Source: Methylophilus aquaticus
GTDB lineage: Bacteria; Pseudomonadota; Gammaproteobacteria; Burkholderiales; Methylophilaceae
Direction: 5' to 3'
DNA: 64,000 bases
Assembly: GCF_030769565.1 (NCBI RefSeq)
Contig: NZ_JAVCAP010000014.1
Span: 115,554-179,553 of the forward strand
The notes beneath the pieces are model-generated. The model searched no databases. It was not told where the DNA came from and saw only the letters and a program-made list of their open reading frames with translations. The translations under genes were made by a program, and so were the position numbers. Shown here in pieces: positions 60,428 through 64,000 of this stretch (its first letter is position 1; the number at the start of each line of letters is the position of its first letter).

Positions 60428-61624
60428 ATGAAAGTTTTGATGATTTCGGATGTGTATTTCCCAAGAGTGAATGGGGTTTCTACTAGCATACGTACATTTG
60501 CACAGAGCTTGCGAGCGCTTGGGCACGATGTACATTTGGTTGCGCCCGATTATGCACACCAGTCTGCATTGAGCAAGGATGACGAACCCTGGATTACACG
60601 TATTGCGGCACGCAAGATCGTTTTTGATCCTGAAGATTATTTGATGAAATGGTCTGCATTAATGGCATATGTTGACAACTTGCAGCCCGGTGAGTATGAC
60701 GTGGTGCATATCCACACGCCATTTATTGCGCATTATGCGGGGGTGCGCATTGCCAAAAAATTGCAAGTTCCGGTCATTGAAACTTACCACACCTTTTTTG
60801 AAGACTATATGCACCATTACTTGCCTTGGGTGCCACGCAGTATCGCGGTGCATATTGCCAGGCTTGTTTCCAAAAAACAATGTCAGCAAGTGGATACTGT
60901 CGTTTCTCCGTCAGCACAAATGCGCGATGTGTTACAGCAATATGGTGTCACAACGCCAGTGTCGGTGATTCCGACGGGCCTGGATGCTTCGCGTTTTGTA
61001 CCCGGTGATGGTGCTGCATTCAGGCAAAAATATGCTATTCCATCACAACGTCCACTCCTGCTTTACGTGGGGCGTGTTGCTTACGAAAAAAATATCCAGT
61101 TTCTGCTTGAAATGCTGCATCTGGTCATTCAGGACCATCCGGAAGTACTGCTTGTGATTACGGGTGAGGGTCCTGCGGAAGCTATGCTGAAGAAAATGTC
61201 CAAAGAAAAGAGATTGCAACAACATGTAATGTTCTTGGGCTACCTTGATCGTGAAATCGGGCTGAATGCTGCCTATCAGGCCGCCGATATCTTTGTGTTT
61301 GCCTCCAAAAGTGAAACGCAAGGATTGGTATTGCTGGAAGCCATGGCGCAGTCGACCCCTGTGGTTGCCATTGCTGAACTGGGTACTGCATCTATTCTGG
61401 TTCAGGAAAAAGGTGCATTGATTGCAAAAGATGAAGAGGTGCATTTTGCCGAACAGGTACAAACTTTACTCATTGACCATAAATTTCGTCAGCGGGTAGG
61501 TGAGCAAGGGCGGGTATATGTCGAGCAGACATGGGCCAGCGATGTGCAGGCGCAAAAATTGCTCGCGTGTTACCAGCGGTTGTTTGCTGAGCATCAACAA
61601 CTGCTGGCTACTGCTATCTCTTGA
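60428..61624 (+). CDS. GT4-family glycosyltransferase (Agt/MGlcDAG-synthase-like possible)
   Basis: Start MKVLMISDVYFPRVNGVS (GT4 N-terminal domain), C-terminal EX7E-like region (ETQGLVLLEAMAQSTPVVA). Confidence 0.75.
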   Translation: MKVLMISDVYFPRVNGVSTSIRTFAQSLRALGHDVHLVAPDYAHQSALSKDDEPWITRIAARKIVFDPEDYLMKWSALMAYVDNLQPGEYDVVHIHTPFIAHYAGVRIAKKLQVPVIETYHTFFEDYMHHYLPWVPRSIAVHIARLVSKKQCQQVDTVVSPSAQMRDVLQQYGVTTPVSVIPTGLDASRFVPGDGAAFRQKYAIPSQRPLLLYVGRVAYEKNIQFLLEMLHLVIQDHPEVLLVITGEGPAEAMLKKMSKEKRLQQHVMFLGYLDREIGLNAAYQAADIFVFASKSETQGLVLLEAMAQSTPVVAIAELGTASILVQEKGALIAKDEEVHFAEQVQTLLIDHKFRQRVGEQGRVYVEQTWASDVQAQKLLACYQRLFAEHQQLLATAIS

Positions 61625-61788
61625 GCTTTACTTGCAATGCCATGCCTCACAGGCTTGGTGCCAGATTCCTGCACAGGTGACCTGCTGAATATTCTCACTT
61701 GACGTTGCATTCAGTGCACGCCAAGATAGAGATGTCGTGTGATTGGATTCATCATACGACGTCATTATTGATCAGGAGAATAATCACA

Positions 61789-62151
61789 ATGTTTACACAG
61801 GACACATGTTGTACCCTGGTGCCATATTTTGAGGTACCTACCGAGAATCTGCCTGCCTTTAAGGCCTTGGGAGCTTCATTTTTAGAAAAAACCAGAAACG
61901 AAGCGGGTTGTTTGCATTATGCCTTTTCATTCAGCGGCAATACTGCACATTGTCGCGAAGGGTATAGCCATGCAGAAGCCCTACTGGCACATCTTGAGAA
62001 TGTGGCTGAACCCTTGGGCGAGGCACTGAAATTAGCAACAATCACCCGCTTGGAAGTGCACGCACCTGCTTCTGAGGTCGAGAAGCTGAAAGGCCCGCTG
62101 GCAGCACTTAACCCACAGTTCTTTATCCTGGAGTCGGGTATCCGCCGTTAG
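61789..62151 (+). CDS. small ABM/Dabb-like alpha+beta barrel protein (putative antibiotic-biosynthesis-monooxygenase fold)
   Basis: 120 aa from ATG 61789 with CAGGAG Shine-Dalgarno; the assignment is based only on size and secondary-structure pattern, so it is weak. Confidence 0.4.
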   Translation: MFTQDTCCTLVPYFEVPTENLPAFKALGASFLEKTRNEAGCLHYAFSFSGNTAHCREGYSHAEALLAHLENVAEPLGEALKLATITRLEVHAPASEVEKLKGPLAALNPQFFILESGIRR

Positions 62152-62195
62152 CCGTAGACGGTAGCTATTTAAAACAGTATTTTCTTTCATCTGAC

Positions 62196-62228
62196 GAATA
62201 AAAAACGCCACAAAAAGTGGCGTTTTTC
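62196..62228. terminator. Bidirectional rho-independent terminator (A-tract, aacgccac-aaaaa-gtggcgtt, T-tract) between the ABM-like gene and pstB
   Basis: 8-bp GC-containing stem flanked by A6 upstream and T5 downstream, so it can function on both strands. Confidence 0.8.
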
Positions 62229-62257
62229 GACCCTGAATGGCTACCATACTACAAAGA

Positions 62258-63037
62258 TTAGCCAAATTTTCCAGTAATGTAATCTTCTGTTTCTTTTCGT
62301 CCAGGGTTGGTAAATATCCGGTCTGTATCATCGTATTCGATCAACTCGCCCAGATACATATAGGCAGTATAGTCAGAAACGCGGGCGGCCTGTTGCATAT
62401 TGTGGGTTACCACCAGAATCGTCAGTTTGCTACGCAGTTCTACCATCAGCTCTTCAATATTTGCGGTTGCAATGGGGTCTAGTGCGGAGGTTGGCTCATC
62501 GAACAGCATGATTTCCGGGTCAGTGGCCAATGCACGGGCAATACACAGCCGTTGCTGCTGGCCACCGGAGAGGTTAAAGGCCAGGTCATGCAGGCGGTCT
62601 TTGACTTCGTTCCACAGGGCTGCGCCCTTGAGGGCCTCTTCTACTTTGTCATCCATGATGCGCTTGTTGTTTTCACCACGCACACGCAAACCATAGGCTA
62701 CATTTTCATAAATAGACTTCGGAAAAGGGTTAGGTTTCTGGAAGACCATGCTGATGCGCATGCGCACTTCAATCGGATCCACGCCTGCATCCAGCACGTT
62801 GGTATTGTCAGGGTACATAACAATCTGACCTTCGTATTTATTGCCAGGGTAAAGATCGTGCATGCGGTTGAAACAACGCAGAAAAGTGGATTTTCCGCAA
62901 CCGGAAGGGCCAATGAGCGCTGTGATTTTATTTTCATACAAAGGCATCGAAATGCCTTTGAGGGCACGTGCGCCGTTGCTGTAAAAGAAGTTCAGGTCGC
63001 GTGCTTCAGCTTTGATTGCAGTGTTAATGTTCGCCAT
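62258..63037 (-). CDS. pstB: phosphate ABC transporter ATP-binding protein PstB
   Basis: 259 aa; Walker [13 protein letters not shown] signature LSGGQQQR, Walker [12 protein letters not shown]; PstB-typical N-terminus. Confidence 0.9.
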   Translation of the reverse strand: MANINTAIKAEARDLNFFYSNGARALKGISMPLYENKITALIGPSGCGKSTFLRCFNRMHDLYPGNKYEGQIVMYPDNTNVLDAGVDPIEVRMRISMVFQKPNPFPKSIYENVAYGLRVRGENNKRIMDDKVEEALKGAALWNEVKDRLHDLAFNLSGGQQQRLCIARALATDPEIMLFDEPTSALDPIATANIEELMVELRSKLTILVVTHNMQQAARVSDYTAYMYLGELIEYDDTDRIFTNPGRKETEDYITGKFG

Positions 63038-63065
63038 GTTGTTTCCTAATATCGTTTTGGTGGCA

Positions 63066-63956
63066 TTACCATTTAATGTTTTTACGAATTTTGTAGCGCA
63101 ACCAGATGGCTGTACCGTTCATCAGCAGAGTGACGATGATAATCAATGCACCAGTAGCGGCTGCGTTGATATGAAATGCATGATCAGGACGTGACAGCCA
63201 GTTAAACATTTGAATCGGCATCACGGTAAATCCTGAGGACAGCCATTCAAAATTTAAAAATGGCGGTTCGGCAGTGATCGGGCTAGGCGGCAAGAATGCA
63301 ATAAAGGTCAGCGCGCCAATGGTGATAATCGGGGCAGTTTCACCCAGGGCGCGGGCCATGCCAATAATCACACCGGTTAAAATGCCGCCATAAGAGTATT
63401 TGAATACATGGTCATACACCACCTGCCATTTGGTGGCTCCCACGCCATAAGCCGCTTCACGAATAGAGACCGGAATGGCACGGATCGCTTCCCGCGTCGA
63501 GACAATGACAATCGGCAAAATCAGCAGACCTAACGTCAGGCCAGCGGTCAGTATGCTTTGGCCCAGATCCAGTATGTAGACAAACAGCCCCAGCGCCAGC
63601 AAGCCATAAATAATGGAAGGGACGCCCGCGAGGTTGGAAACGTTGATTTCAATCAGGTCAGTAAACCAGTTTTTTGGTGCATACTCTTCCAGATACAGGC
63701 CTGCCGCTACACCGACAGGGACGGCTGTCAGAAAGGTGACTGACATCACCAGAAACGAGCCTACCCATGCAGAGAGCAGACCGGCTTGACCCGCGCGGCG
63801 GGAAGGAAACTCGGTTAAAAAGTCGATGGTGAATTTTGGATAGCCATCGGCAATCAATTGCCAGAACAGCAGCATCAGGGTAATCAGTCCCAGCATTAAT
63901 GCGCACAGGCCAATGACTGCAAATAAGGTGTCATTACGTTTGTGGCGTTTGATCAT
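63066..63956 (-). CDS. pstA: phosphate ABC transporter permease PstA
   Basis: 296 aa; 6 TM helices; EAA-type loop ([13 protein letters not shown]). Confidence 0.85.
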   Translation of the reverse strand: MIKRHKRNDTLFAVIGLCALMLGLITLMLLFWQLIADGYPKFTIDFLTEFPSRRAGQAGLLSAWVGSFLVMSVTFLTAVPVGVAAGLYLEEYAPKNWFTDLIEINVSNLAGVPSIIYGLLALGLFVYILDLGQSILTAGLTLGLLILPIVIVSTREAIRAIPVSIREAAYGVGATKWQVVYDHVFKYSYGGILTGVIIGMARALGETAPIITIGALTFIAFLPPSPITAEPPFLNFEWLSSGFTVMPIQMFNWLSRPDHAFHINAAATGALIIIVTLLMNGTAIWLRYKIRKNIKW

Positions 63957-64000
63957 GGCGCGTACTTCGGCCAGATTTTCAATAACGGAGGCTTTATGTT
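63954..64000 (-). CDS. pstC: 3' end of phosphate ABC transporter permease PstC (partial, runs off the window)
   Basis: An ORF reads into the window on the minus strand and stops in an ATGA overlap with the pstA start; gene order pstC-pstA-pstB. Confidence 0.4.

Overview
This is a 64-kb stretch of chromosomal backbone from a Gram-negative bacterium, probably a betaproteobacterium (about 50% GC, genes densely packed, many overlapping or translationally coupled starts). I found no transposase, integrase, CRISPR array or rRNA gene. I identified genes by reading conserved protein motifs by eye; no database search was run.

Gene content in order:
- DNA and RNA housekeeping: recJ, rluB, prmB, xseA, rlmD, tadA.
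- Lysine biosynthesis: dapE and dapD, with a GGDEF-EAL membrane protein between them.
- Envelope and transport: kup, dsbB, an M48 lipoprotein peptidase, a Sel1/SLT lytic transglycosylase, a second GGDEF cyclase whose motif reads GGDEL, and cysM translationally coupled to a ydbH-ynbE-ydbL (AsmA-like) operon.
- A poorly conserved block at 21-24 kb:
  - an unknown cytoplasmic protein;
  - a Ser/Thr/Asp-rich acidic repeat protein;
  - a perfect 17-bp twin operator-like inverted repeat;
  - a PolB-like 3'-5' exonuclease (COG3298);
  - a secreted unknown protein.
- A tightly overlapping operon: membrane-anchored LuxR-type regulator, signal-less YkuD (L,D-transpeptidase) domain protein, two peptide-type ABC permeases with no ATPase, and a YhhQ/Vut queuosine-precursor transporter.
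- Flotillin, an NPPW methyltransferase, nagZ, a BI-1/YccA protein, a psiE-like gene, and a LysR-pirin-WrbA-YceI-Old Yellow Enzyme electrophile/quinone-stress cluster.
- tpiA-secG-tRNA-Leu(GAG) followed by the complete 14-gene nuoA-N operon (Complex I) and a DUF2818 gene.
- A PAP2 phosphatase, a membrane-anchored metallophosphoesterase, a secreted Trp1 zinc PLC/S1-P1-nuclease-superfamily protein and a GT4 glycosyltransferase, lying directly beside pstC(partial)-pstA-pstB.

The most interesting candidates are:
- a putative phosphate-starvation lipid-remodelling and phosphate-scavenging locus next to the pst operon;
- the unusual regulator/YkuD/orphan-permease/YhhQ operon;
- the divergent locus pairing an acidic repeat protein with the PolB-like exonuclease around a twin palindromic operator.
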